NCBI GenBank assembly: GCA_963754875.1
Contig: CAVWHO010000017.1
Coordinates: forward strand, 32,001-96,000
DNA from: Nitrospirota bacterium
GTDB taxonomy: Bacteria > Nitrospirota > UBA9217
Length of the DNA stretch: 64,000 nucleotides
Direction of reading: 5' to 3'
The notes under the pieces are model-generated. The model was not told the DNA's origin, ran no database searches, and worked only from the letters and a program-made list of their open reading frames with translations. Below, in pieces: positions 38,031 to 47,792 of this stretch (the first letter of the stretch is position 1; the number at the start of each line of letters is the position of its first letter). A program made the position numbers and the translations under genes.

Positions 38031-38543
38031 ACCGAGGATATACCCTTTTTTTACGTTAATGTCAATAAAAAGTTGCTGCGGGCATTAATATTATTATGTT
38101 TCAAAGTGCATCAATTTATACCATGATCATAACCATAGATTTGGAGATATTCATCCGGAGCATTAAGCAGCATGTGCTAAATCTATCTATTTGTAGAGGA
38201 AAGGCCATGTAGTAAAATAGAGATTCTCGAAAAAAGCGTCCAGAGAAGACTGAGCTACACTGGAAATTGCACATAGACTGGGCATCCATAAAAATAATTC
38301 TATCGCGAGGACTCTAAAAGACGCGAACATCAAACTGCTGGCCGTCAAGCTTCTTGCGGATTATTATATCGGGGTGTGGAAATGGAGAGAATCACACGGC
38401 TTTTCCTCTACGACGTAGAGGCGGCAGTGTAGATTAGCAGCCAAGACCGGATGGCTAACTATCAACAAATACTGACTTCAGCAACTAAAAATCAAGAGGC
38501 GCTGACCTCCCGTTGTGAAAGTTAAATTCTGCTGCCAGACTTA

Positions 38544-38876
38544 CTATGTATGCTGCCACTTTTCTTTCTCCTGGACGTACGCCGTCTTGCCCGCTTCGAT
38601 GGTTTTTCCTACTACTGCTTTACCCCCGTCATAGAGCTCTTTGCCTTTGTCAATGGCAAAAGAAACTCTCTCTTTCGAGTCGTCGTAGAGCTCTTTGCCT
38701 TTGTCAATGGCCAAGGAAACTCTCTCTCTCGAGTCGTTGGCGAACCGTTTGATGTCTTCCCTGACTTCCTTTCCTGATTTTGGAGCCAGGAGAAGCGATA
38801 ATCCCGCACCCACAATACCGCCCACCACGAACGGCATCAGGATTGAGTGCCCTTTGTTGGTAAGTTCCTCTTTCAT
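38544..38876 (-). CDS. YtxH-like protein with internal 18-aa duplication
   Basis: GGIVGAGLSLLLAPKSGKEVR motif; purine-rich RBS. Confidence 0.88.
   Translation of the reverse strand: MKEELTNKGHSILMPFVVGGIVGAGLSLLLAPKSGKEVREDIKRFANDSRERVSLAIDKGKELYDDSKERVSFAIDKGKELYDGGKAVVGKTIEAGKTAYVQEKEKWQHT
38627..38737. repeat. 54-bp tandem duplication inside the YtxH-like gene
   Basis: Units start at 38627 and 38681 and share TAGAGCTCTTTGCCTTTGTCAATGGC. Confidence 0.9.
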
Positions 38877-39314
38877 AATTATCACCCCTTCCTTTTTTCT
38901 CTGTTTTCTGTGGTCAGCGCCTCTTTTAAAATCCGTACCTTTCAAATAATTCCAAATGCCCCGCTAATATCTCGCGACCAAGTGTTCTTGGTATAAGTAT
39001 ATCACTCTCTGGTAAATAAATAGCACTTTCTTGCAACATGGTTTTCTTTTGGCTACCCCTGCTATTGAAGCCTGTCATTGTCCCTCTCTATTCTATGAAG
39101 GGTCTGGTGAGTCCGAAAAATTAATTGCCTAAGAGAAATAGATGTAATAAGCATATCTTGGGTTGCGCTTTCAGTATACAAAGCAGCGCGACCTTTCGCA
39201 TCGTCAAATGAAGGCGCACCCCGGTCTGCTACGAGGATACGTGACCTTTGCTGCAGGAAGGAATTTCGTTTCTCGTTTCTAACTCTTTCACGAAAGCCAT
39301 AATACTCATCGGTG

Positions 39315-40211
39315 TTATGTTTTAAAGATTGTCAAATCTTTCTTGGTAATGTCGCCTGTTTTTCGCTCCAGTTCTGATATGACCTGAGCACCTAGCAAAA
39401 GGATTAAAGCAACAGCCTCGGTACTGAGAAGTGCCACGACTGCTGTGGCAAAGGATCCATAAATTAAATTTACCATGGATATCACCGAGTAATACCAGAC
39501 CAACACACGACGGGTGATCTCCCATAAGATCGTTGCGGCTATCCCTCCAATTAATGCCCGCCGAAATGTAATACGTACTACTGGCATAACCAGATATATG
39601 GACGTCAGCAGAAGTACCTCGCCGACAATCCCCAAGGTATATAGTGCGACACCCGAAAAGCCTTCAAGGCTCAACCTCCATCCCAAAAAAAATAATTGCC
39701 GTTTTTCGAGCGTCTCTAATGCTCCTGTAATGAATGACACGATCAAGATGCCCAGCCCTAATATAAAGATATAAATGTACGGGATAATGGCAGAAATGAG
39801 AAAGTGGCGGCGATGAATCCTGACACGGTGAAAAAAAATAACTGACATGGCATTCTTGAGCACGGTAAAGGCAATGGAACTGAAAAAAAGCATGACCAGC
39901 AAACCAATGATACCGACCACATTTCGGTGCGCGAGAAACACCCTCACCTGATCAGTTAATGTTGCCGCATAGCCTGGGATTATCATTTCCAGATACGCTG
40001 ATAAGGTGTGAAATAACTGATCCTCTTCTATAAAGTGAGACAGCCCGATGAGGGCGAGAATCGACATCGGGACAATTGATAGTAGGGTATAGTAAGCCAC
40101 TGCCCCGGATAACAGCAGTCCCTGATTGCGTCTAAATCCACGCAGAACCTGAAGCGACAGGCTCAAGGACCGACCTACAATGCTATTAGTTGTATGTCGT
40201 TTGTTCATCAT
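39315..40211 (-). CDS. YihY/BrkB family membrane protein
   Basis: GAVAYYTLLSIVP, ALIGG, IYGSF, LLLGAQ; several TM helices. Confidence 0.9.
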   Translation of the reverse strand: MMNKRHTTNSIVGRSLSLSLQVLRGFRRNQGLLLSGAVAYYTLLSIVPMSILALIGLSHFIEEDQLFHTLSAYLEMIIPGYAATLTDQVRVFLAHRNVVGIIGLLVMLFFSSIAFTVLKNAMSVIFFHRVRIHRRHFLISAIIPYIYIFILGLGILIVSFITGALETLEKRQLFFLGWRLSLEGFSGVALYTLGIVGEVLLLTSIYLVMPVVRITFRRALIGGIAATILWEITRRVLVWYYSVISMVNLIYGSFATAVVALLSTEAVALILLLGAQVISELERKTGDITKKDLTIFKT

Positions 40212-40595
40212 GGTAACTATAAAATATTCCTAGAAACGTCATTTGTTCACAACCTTCTGAATGCCCGTCTGAAATTTCAAGCATTGCAACAGCTGCACCG
40301 TTCAGAACATACCTCTTGTCAAACAACTATAGCATAAAATCTTAATTTCCAGACACTCTTGTTTAACAACTGGCCACGAGACGGGCGTATTCTCGTTGGT
40401 AATTGCCGGAGGAAATCAGCAGAAGTGCCGGAAAACTTCTCGCATCGGGTTCAAGAACCGAACGTAGCTGGAAACAGAACGTAGTCGGAAAATATCATTC
40501 GCTCCGGCACCTGCCAGGGAGGAGCATTTTTACGTAAAATATGGTACTATCAGTGGTCACTGAGGTGATGAAACAGGATGGATGGGGGATGATGC

Positions 40596-41405
40596 ATGAA
40601 GGATTTTCTGGCCGTCGCCGGTGAAGCAGCGCGCACAGCCGGCGCTCTGTTGCGAGCGAATATTCACGGGAAACGGGAGATTTCCTATAAAGGCGACATC
40701 AATCTGGTCACAGAAATGGACAGGCTCTCCGAGCGCACCGTAGTGAAAGCGCTTCTTGCCTCATTTCCCGACCACGGTATCATGGCAGAGGAAGAGACGA
40801 TGATACGGAATGGTTCCGGTTATCTTTGGATCATCGACCCCCTCGACGGGACCACAAATTATGCCCATGGCTACCCGTGCTTCTCTGTATCAGTAGCGCT
40901 CGAATACGAGGGCGAGATCATCGTCGGCGTCGTGTACGATCCCATGAGGGACGAATTGTTCTCTGCACAGAAGGGTGCGGGGGCTCATCTCAACGGCACG
41001 GCTATTCGCGTTTCAACCGCTGATACGCTCATTAAAAGCTTACTCTCAACAGGTTTTCCCTATGATCGCAAAGTCAGTGAAAAGAACAACCTGGATTATT
41101 TTCACGATCTTCTCATGGCATCGCAGGAGGTCCGTCGAGACGGATCGGCAGCGCTTGATCTCTGCTATGTGGCGTCGGGCAGGTTCGATGGTTTCTGGGA
41201 ATTGAAGCTCAAATCCTGGGACGTGGCGGCCGGCAGCCTGATCGTGCGTGAGGCGGGAGGGCTCATCTCAGATTTTTCCGGGACCCGGTTCAGCATTCAT
41301 GACGACGAGATCCTTGCAACCAACGGAAGGATTCATCAGCAGATGCTGGACAGGCTCCAAAAGGTCGGAAGAAATGCGGAACTCGGAATGCGGAATGCGG
41401 AATGA
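40596..41405 (+). CDS. suhB: Inositol monophosphatase family protein
   Basis: WIIDPLDGTTNY, GSAALDLCYVA, WDVAAG. Confidence 0.92.
   Translation: MKDFLAVAGEAARTAGALLRANIHGKREISYKGDINLVTEMDRLSERTVVKALLASFPDHGIMAEEETMIRNGSGYLWIIDPLDGTTNYAHGYPCFSVSVALEYEGEIIVGVVYDPMRDELFSAQKGAGAHLNGTAIRVSTADTLIKSLLSTGFPYDRKVSEKNNLDYFHDLLMASQEVRRDGSAALDLCYVASGRFDGFWELKLKSWDVAAGSLIVREAGGLISDFSGTRFSIHDDEILATNGRIHQQMLDRLQKVGRNAELGMRNAE
41373..41404 (+). repeat. Heptamer tandem repeat AATGCGG at the suhB 3' end
   Basis: AATGCGG-AACTCGG-AATGCGG-AATGCGG-AATG. Confidence 0.8.
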
Positions 41406-41415
41406 AAAACCCGAA

Positions 41416-42546
41416 ATGAAAATGAACCGCATCGATGTCTCCATCGTTCGGTGTGAAGATTACGACAGCGCGAGAACGATGCTTGCTGTTCAGCAGGCCG
41501 TCGACCTCCTTGGCGGGATAGGGGAGTTTGTACAACCCGGCGACCGGGTCCTTATCAAGCCGAACCTCCTGAAAGCAAGGCCCCCGGAAGCTGCGGTAAC
41601 GACCCATCCCGAGGTCGTCCGTGCTGTCATCAGGCTTGTTCACGGGCAGGGCGGAACAGCGCTGGTGGGCGACAGCCCCGGCATGGGCGATCTGAAGAAG
41701 GTCGCCGAGAAGGCCGGCATTCTCGATGTGGTGAATGAAGAAGGAGCTCAGCTCGAGGATCTCACGGAAGCCATTCAGGTAAAAAATAACGGGAGGTTCC
41801 AGCATTTCGAGATAGCCCGCGCAGCGTACGAGGCCGATGTGCTCATCAATCTCCCGAAGCTGAAGACCCACGGAATGACAACGCTTACCGGTGCCGTGAA
41901 AAACCTGTTTGGATGCATCCCCGGGAAACGGAAGGTCCAGTGGCACTTCAATACCGGCGTGAACCATGAGCTCTTCATGGAAATGCTCCTGGAACTGTAT
42001 GCGCTTCTTAAACCGCGGCTCACCATCATGGACGCCGTCGTCGGCATGGAAGGGAACGGCCCCGGCAGCGGCGATCCGCGTCCCATCGGTGCGCTCCTCG
42101 CCGGCAGGGATGCCGTTTCGGTTGACGCGGTATCGGCCCACGTGCTCGGTGTGAAAGCGGACAAACTTCCCCTTTTGCAGGCAGCCCGGTCACACGGCAT
42201 CGGCGAAACGGACCTGAATAACATCACGCTTCTCGGCGATCCTCTAGAGAGTATCGCGGTCAAGCACTTCCGCCTCCCGCCCCAGGCCCACCTGGAATGG
42301 CAGCTTCCGGAATGGGCACGCAGTTCTCTCAAGAACGCCTTCACGACCAGACCGGTAATTGACCGCAATTTGTGTATTCAATGCGGCATCTGTCAAGGCC
42401 ACTGCCCCCAGGGTGCGATAGAAGAACGGGGAACACGGCTCGAAATCCGCTACCGCGACTGCATCCGCTGCTTCTGCTGCCAGGAATTCTGTCCCCAGGG
42501 CGCGATTACGGTTGGAAAGGGATGGGCGCTTACATTGTTGCGGTGA
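41416..42546 (+). CDS. DUF362 domain protein with C-terminal 2x[4Fe-4S] ferredoxin domain
   Basis: IKPNLL, TTHPEV, PKLKTH, KNLFG, MEGNGP; CIQCGICQGHCP and CIRCFCCQEFCP. Confidence 0.92.
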   Translation: MKMNRIDVSIVRCEDYDSARTMLAVQQAVDLLGGIGEFVQPGDRVLIKPNLLKARPPEAAVTTHPEVVRAVIRLVHGQGGTALVGDSPGMGDLKKVAEKAGILDVVNEEGAQLEDLTEAIQVKNNGRFQHFEIARAAYEADVLINLPKLKTHGMTTLTGAVKNLFGCIPGKRKVQWHFNTGVNHELFMEMLLELYALLKPRLTIMDAVVGMEGNGPGSGDPRPIGALLAGRDAVSVDAVSAHVLGVKADKLPLLQAARSHGIGETDLNNITLLGDPLESIAVKHFRLPPQAHLEWQLPEWARSSLKNAFTTRPVIDRNLCIQCGICQGHCPQGAIEERGTRLEIRYRDCIRCFCCQEFCPQGAITVGKGWALTLLR

Positions 42547-42668
42547 AAACAGGGAATGGTCATAACGACGATGCTTTCTGAAAGAACGCGATTTGTTAGA
42601 ACTTTCATTCAATCAACGTAATAGTCCCACTCTACCGCAGAGACGATGTCTTTTCTATTATGAGACCG

Positions 42669-45600
42669 TTAATAACTCTTCAGCACAGCGCCGAGAGCGG
42701 CCTGTAGACGGGTTAAGTTGAAGGGCTTGGGAAGTACTGCCTTGAATCCATGAGCTGTATAGTTGGACACCACGGCCTCATCCGAATAGCCGCTCGAAAC
42801 GATTGCGACGACAGCGGGATCGAACTCTCGCAGCCGCTTGATGGTTTCTTCGCCTCCCATGCCGCCGCGGATAGTGACATTCAGGATAACAACATCAAAG
42901 GGAGAACCTGTTGCCCGTGCTGATTGGTATTTCTTAATGGCCGCCTCGCCGTCCGTAACGACCTCCACTTCGTGGCCCATGTTCTGCAACATTTCTCCCA
43001 CCACATTTCTCACCACGGCCTCATCATCCATAACCAGGATCCTGCTTTTTCGCATGTCAGCAGGCGTCTTAGCCGGAGGAACAGCGCTAAGTTCAGGTTC
43101 ACTGGCTGGGAGATGAATCGTGAAAGTCGTACCCTTATTCAGTTCAGATTCCACCTCAATTGTCCCGCCATGGTTTTTGATGATAGAGTATGTTGTTGCC
43201 AAACCGAGGCCGCTCCCTTTCTGCTTAGTAGTGTAATAAGGGTCAAAGATCCTCGACAGGTGCTCCGTCGTAATACCAATACCATTGTCGCTGATGATGA
43301 TCTCTACCCACCTATCTGTCATGAGGGACGGCTTCGACGCGGAGCATCCTTCAAGATTCTTGGCGATGTTTGTTGCTTTGATTGCTATTGTGCCGCCCAT
43401 GGGCATTGCCTGATCCGCATTCAGTGTAATGTTCTGGATCACCTGCCCGATCTGGCCCTCGTCTGCCTCCACGGGCCAGAGATTGTCGTCAAGATTGATT
43501 CTGTAATCGGAGCGGGACCCGCTCAAGGCGAATTTGACGGAGTTCTCAATCAGCGACCGGAGGGCGATTTTTTTCTTGATCGGCTTGCCACCCTTGGAAA
43601 AAGTCAACAGTTGGGTGGTTAGGTTGACCGACATGTTAAGGGCTTTTTCCGCCTGTTCCAGCATGGAAAGTGCTTTCTCTCTGCTGCTGATGTTCATCCT
43701 CGCCATGGACAGGTAGCCAAAGACTCCCTGCAGAAGATTGTTGAAATCATGGGCAATTCCGCCCGCCAAGGTCCCGATAGCTTCGAGCTTCTGCGTTTTG
43801 AGCTGTTCTGCTTCTAGGAGATGCCTCTCTGTGATGTTATGGAGCGTTTCTATGGCGGACGTTACCTTGCCTGCGGCGTTTTTGAGTGGGAATGCCTTGG
43901 TCTCGATATAAAGCATGTTGCCTTTCGCATCCTTATGCTTATACACCGACACATGTGGTTCTCCGGTTTCGAACGTGCGTTTCACCGCACAATCCTCGTC
44001 TTGCTCATAACAAGGCCTTGGACTTCTGTGGGAGACCTCAAAACAGGGCCTTCCGATGATACCGGCTAGGTTTGTGTCTACCCACGAGCAATAGGCTTTG
44101 TTTGCGGTGACAATGCGGTGCTCCCGGTCGACGACCAGGAAACCTTCATCAACGCTGTCCAGAACGCTCCTTATGAACTCTTCACTCTGGCGGAGTGCTT
44201 CCGCAGCCTGCCAGCGCTCGGTAATGTCCTGCTGAATCCATATTGATCCATCTGCGAGGTTCATTGGGTTCACTGCTTTACCCGCGAGGCTGCACCAGAA
44301 GTGGCTGCCGTCTTTTCTCTTCATTTCAACCTCTGTAGCATAACCTCCGCTGGTAGCGAGATGTGCATACCCTTCCGTGCCCACACGTTCATAATCCGCA
44401 CTGTTCACATAAAAGACTGCTGTTTCCTGTCCTCTTGTCTCGCCGGGCTCATAGCCGAAGATCCTGTCGTATGCCGCATTGTTCCATTGTATCTTGCGGT
44501 CCCTGACAAAGCTGATGCCCATGGTTACGGTATCGAGAATGGTTTGCTGCTCGGTAGCTAGCTGGCTGAATTTTCCCTCAGCTCTTTTTCGCGCGGTTAT
44601 ATCGGTCAGAGTGCCGGCAGTACCCGTAGCATTATTGTTTTCATCAAGCGTCAACCGCGCCCAGACCTCAATCCACCGGAAACCTCCGTTCTTATGCAGA
44701 TAGCGGATTTCATGCCGGCAATCATGTTTCAGGCGTTCAATCAACGGCTTGAAAAGCTCAAGGTTGCGCTGTCGATCTTCGGGGTGGACATAATTCAGAA
44801 ATACCTTGTTGAGGCTTTCCTGCACATCGAATCCCGTTACTTCGGTCCAAGCGGGATTCAGGAAGAGCCAATGTCCCTCCGCGTCGGTGCGGAAGACAAC
44901 CTCCTTGAGATTGTCAACAATGAAACGATATTTCTCCTCACTCTTCTTCAGTGCAAGTTCAAATCGCTTGCGCTCGGTAATGTCACGGACAATAAATACT
45001 ATTTTGGTTGGTTGCCCGTCTGCACCACGAATGAGCTCGCTATTTACCTCTATATCAATAATGCTTCTATCCTTCCTCACTCCATGGTATTCATTTGGCC
45101 CTTGATAATCCCCTTGGAACATTTGCATGATGTTGGATCGGGCTCGCTCAAGATCCTCGGGCACTATGAAATCGTAAATCCGTAAGTTTTGAAATGTATA
45201 CCCCCGTTCGTAACCGAAAATTGTATATGCCGCGGGGGAAACCATGAGGAGGCGACCCTCCAGATCCGTGATAGTGATGTCATCGGGAGAGGCGGTGAGG
45301 ATAGAGCGATATGTTTCTTCGCTTTCCCGAAGCGCCTCTTCAGCCAGCTTACGCTCGGTGATGTCTTGCAAAGTTTCGATGGCTGCGATTAACTCACCTT
45401 TGCTGCCATACACAGGGCCGGAATCGAAGAGGATAAATCTGTCCTTGCCGTTCAGATTTTGATACCAACCTTCCGCATACAGCGCACTCGGTGACAGAGC
45501 GGATTTTCCATACATGGGATATAAGTCCGGCAATCCACTAAAATCGGCCTCAAGCACGATGTCAGCAAGGCATGGCCGTTTACGTTCATAAAATGGTTTC

Positions 45601-45788
45601 CACTGGTTGTCCGTTCCAATCATTTGAGAGGCTGGAAAGCCGGTAAGCTCAGTGCATGCCCTGTTCCAGATTACGACCCTGTGGTCCGTATCCAGGACAA
45701 AGGTAGCAACAGCAGAATGTTCTATCAAAGTTTCGGCAAACTTTCGATCTTCATGGGGAGTTTCATCAGCACGCTTGCGTTCAGTCAT
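42669..45788 (-). CDS. Hybrid sensor histidine kinase: five PAS + HisKA + HATPase + receiver
   Basis: Repeated DITER linkers; GIAHDFNNLL H-box; N, G and F boxes; C-terminal ILVMDDE receiver. Confidence 0.95.
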   Translation of the reverse strand: MTERKRADETPHEDRKFAETLIEHSAVATFVLDTDHRVVIWNRACTELTGFPASQMIGTDNQWKPFYERKRPCLADIVLEADFSGLPDLYPMYGKSALSPSALYAEGWYQNLNGKDRFILFDSGPVYGSKGELIAAIETLQDITERKLAEEALRESEETYRSILTASPDDITITDLEGRLLMVSPAAYTIFGYERGYTFQNLRIYDFIVPEDLERARSNIMQMFQGDYQGPNEYHGVRKDRSIIDIEVNSELIRGADGQPTKIVFIVRDITERKRFELALKKSEEKYRFIVDNLKEVVFRTDAEGHWLFLNPAWTEVTGFDVQESLNKVFLNYVHPEDRQRNLELFKPLIERLKHDCRHEIRYLHKNGGFRWIEVWARLTLDENNNATGTAGTLTDITARKRAEGKFSQLATEQQTILDTVTMGISFVRDRKIQWNNAAYDRIFGYEPGETRGQETAVFYVNSADYERVGTEGYAHLATSGGYATEVEMKRKDGSHFWCSLAGKAVNPMNLADGSIWIQQDITERWQAAEALRQSEEFIRSVLDSVDEGFLVVDREHRIVTANKAYCSWVDTNLAGIIGRPCFEVSHRSPRPCYEQDEDCAVKRTFETGEPHVSVYKHKDAKGNMLYIETKAFPLKNAAGKVTSAIETLHNITERHLLEAEQLKTQKLEAIGTLAGGIAHDFNNLLQGVFGYLSMARMNISSREKALSMLEQAEKALNMSVNLTTQLLTFSKGGKPIKKKIALRSLIENSVKFALSGSRSDYRINLDDNLWPVEADEGQIGQVIQNITLNADQAMPMGGTIAIKATNIAKNLEGCSASKPSLMTDRWVEIIISDNGIGITTEHLSRIFDPYYTTKQKGSGLGLATTYSIIKNHGGTIEVESELNKGTTFTIHLPASEPELSAVPPAKTPADMRKSRILVMDDEAVVRNVVGEMLQNMGHEVEVVTDGEAAIKKYQSARATGSPFDVVILNVTIRGGMGGEETIKRLREFDPAVVAIVSSGYSDEAVVSNYTAHGFKAVLPKPFNLTRLQAALGAVLKSY

Positions 45789-46053
45789 GATATGCTTACC
45801 TCTACGAGCCTACTTCTGTATGAGTTAACAATTAATTGAGAAGTTTTCGGCATTATACAAAATTGGATTTCGGGTGTCACATGAATAATTCTATGCTCGG
45901 TGGCAACGACTATGCTTGCTCTTTATGCGCCTGGATGTGCCATCTCCCTCGCTCCTTGTCCAATTTATTGCATCCTATCCTACCATATCGAATAAGAATT
46001 GTCGGACAACCTGCTTGACGCGGGGTTCATGACTTAAATATCATAATTTTATC

Positions 46054-46082
46054 TTGATTTTATCATAATTTGATGATAGCAT
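46054..46082 (+). promoter_or_regulatory. TA operon promoter with overlapping operator palindrome
   Basis: TTGATT-17 bp-TAGCAT; TATCAT-AATTTG-ATGATA at 46061-46078. Confidence 0.55.
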
Positions 46083-46107
46083 TCCTTTAGCAGAAAGGAG
46101 ACGAACA

Positions 46108-46377
46108 ATGCCCATAATCAAGCCCATATCAAGCTTGCGAAACAAAACCAGGGAAATCGCTTCCCTCTGCCATGATCAGGACGAACCGGTTTATCTGACC
46201 ACAAACGGTGAAGGCGACCTGGTCGTCATGAGCATCGAGCACTACGAAAAACTGAATGCGAAGATCGATCTTTTCGAAAAGCTCTCCATGGCGCAGGCGC
46301 AATCAGCGGCTGGCGAAAAGGGGATCACTCATTCACAGATGATGCAAAAACTACGACAACGCGCCCATGTCAGATAA
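46108..46377 (+). CDS. Phd/YefM family antitoxin
   Basis: IKPISSLRN, EPVYLTTNG, VVMSIEHYE. Confidence 0.92.
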   Translation: MPIIKPISSLRNKTREIASLCHDQDEPVYLTTNGEGDLVVMSIEHYEKLNAKIDLFEKLSMAQAQSAAGEKGITHSQMMQKLRQRAHVR

Positions 46378-46672
46378 GCACACGGTCCGCTACCTTCCGG
46401 TTGCCGAGGATGACTTGCTCTTTATCTATGACTGGATCGCAGGCGATAGCCCGGCCAGGGCGGTCACCTTCACGGAAAAGCTGGGCAAACGGATCGGCGC
46501 TCTCGCGGCCAACCCGGATCTTGGTCGGGTGCCCAAACATGAAAAACTTGCGGGATATGGATACCGGGTTCTCGTCATCGAATCCTACCTCGTATTCTAC
46601 GTGATCCGTGGCCGCATCATAGAAATCCACAGAGTTGTTCATGGTTCGCGCCATCTCGACGATATCGTCTAG
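46367..46672 (+). CDS. RelE/ParE family toxin
   Basis: AEDDL..I..WIA.DSP, LAANPDLGR, YLVFY, IHRVVHGSR; overlaps the antitoxin gene. Confidence 0.92.
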   Translation: MSDKHTVRYLPVAEDDLLFIYDWIAGDSPARAVTFTEKLGKRIGALAANPDLGRVPKHEKLAGYGYRVLVIESYLVFYVIRGRIIEIHRVVHGSRHLDDIV

Positions 46673-46786
46673 GAAGTATTTTCCCTGAAAACTTATCTTA
46701 CACTGCATAATACAAATGGGACTGTGTGGTCACCTGAAGAGGTGGTACACCTGGAAGGATTCACCGAATCGGCAAAACATTCAGCA

Positions 46787-47668
46787 TTACCTGCGCTCTC
46801 CCGTTTCATCCGATCCATCACCGTCAGTGTCGAAATCTTCCAAGCCGCGGTCGTCATCTTCGTCTATCTCGAATATCTGCTCGGCCGGCCGTTCTTTCGG
46901 TTCCTCACCGCGGCCCAGAAGCTCCCGGTACACGAGAGGCTTGACAGTTGTTGGAAGGAGTGGGTCCGCATAGAGCTCCCTGAGTTCCTGTAATTTCATG
47001 TTTTGCAGGAAACGTTCGGTAAGGGTCAGGGGCGTCTGCCTGTTTCTGGCCAGTGCATACCGGACCAGCGGTCTGCTCGACCAGGTCTGGTGCACGGCGA
47101 TCAGTCGAATGGTTTCCGCATAGGTGTCCCTGAGGTTGATGACCTTGAAGAGGTGGCTTTCCTGCAGGCGAGGATTGTTGAGGCAAAGCGCGGCCACGTC
47201 GGCATCTGCATCCTGCAGCAGCTTCAAGAGGACATTTCCCACGGCCATTTTGGCCAGAGACTTCTTGTACCCCAGCGGCATGGTCGGTATCCGTTCGATG
47301 ACAATGGCCTCCACCTTGTGGCGAAAGACGGGCGGGATGTGATGACTGCGGGTCATCTCCGCGATGTCGAAGAGGCGCAAATAGCGGACGATGGAAAGCG
47401 ATACCGAGAGCGGCGTTTTCGGGTTTTTCGCGAGCGCGAGACGGATGGGATAACTCTCTGCCCATTTTCCGCTCTTGGCGATCGCATCGAGTACCTCAGG
47501 AGGCACGTTTTTCCTGTTTGCGATGATCAGTACATCGTCTTCCCGCAGTTTCTTGTTGTCGAGCAGCGCCTTGATCACCCGGGGGGAAGGATCATGCACG
47601 AACTTGGCAAGGCCCTCTTCGTCAACCGAAACGGCCAGCAGTGATCTTTCTTCTTCCGTCGCGTCCAT
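46787..47668 (-). CDS. Helical-repeat hypothetical protein (leucine-rich repeat variant-like) with acidic tail
   Basis: Repeated ALAKNPKTP / LNNPRL / ALARNRQTP segments. Confidence 0.65.
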   Translation of the reverse strand: MDATEEERSLLAVSVDEEGLAKFVHDPSPRVIKALLDNKKLREDDVLIIANRKNVPPEVLDAIAKSGKWAESYPIRLALAKNPKTPLSVSLSIVRYLRLFDIAEMTRSHHIPPVFRHKVEAIVIERIPTMPLGYKKSLAKMAVGNVLLKLLQDADADVAALCLNNPRLQESHLFKVINLRDTYAETIRLIAVHQTWSSRPLVRYALARNRQTPLTLTERFLQNMKLQELRELYADPLLPTTVKPLVYRELLGRGEEPKERPAEQIFEIDEDDDRGLEDFDTDGDGSDETGERR

Positions 47669-47696
47669 GTTTTTATTATACGGGTTTTCAAAAGTA

Positions 47697-47725
47697 TTGA
47701 CAAACGGTAACATTTTCTGTATTTT
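47697..47725 (+). promoter_or_regulatory. Sigma70-type promoter for the HNH gene
   Basis: TTGACA-17 bp-TATTTT. Confidence 0.5.
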
Positions 47726-47792
47726 TATATCTCAACAACATGAATTTTAATGGTTTTCAGACCTCACGCTTTGCCGTATTGCGAGGGTTGCA

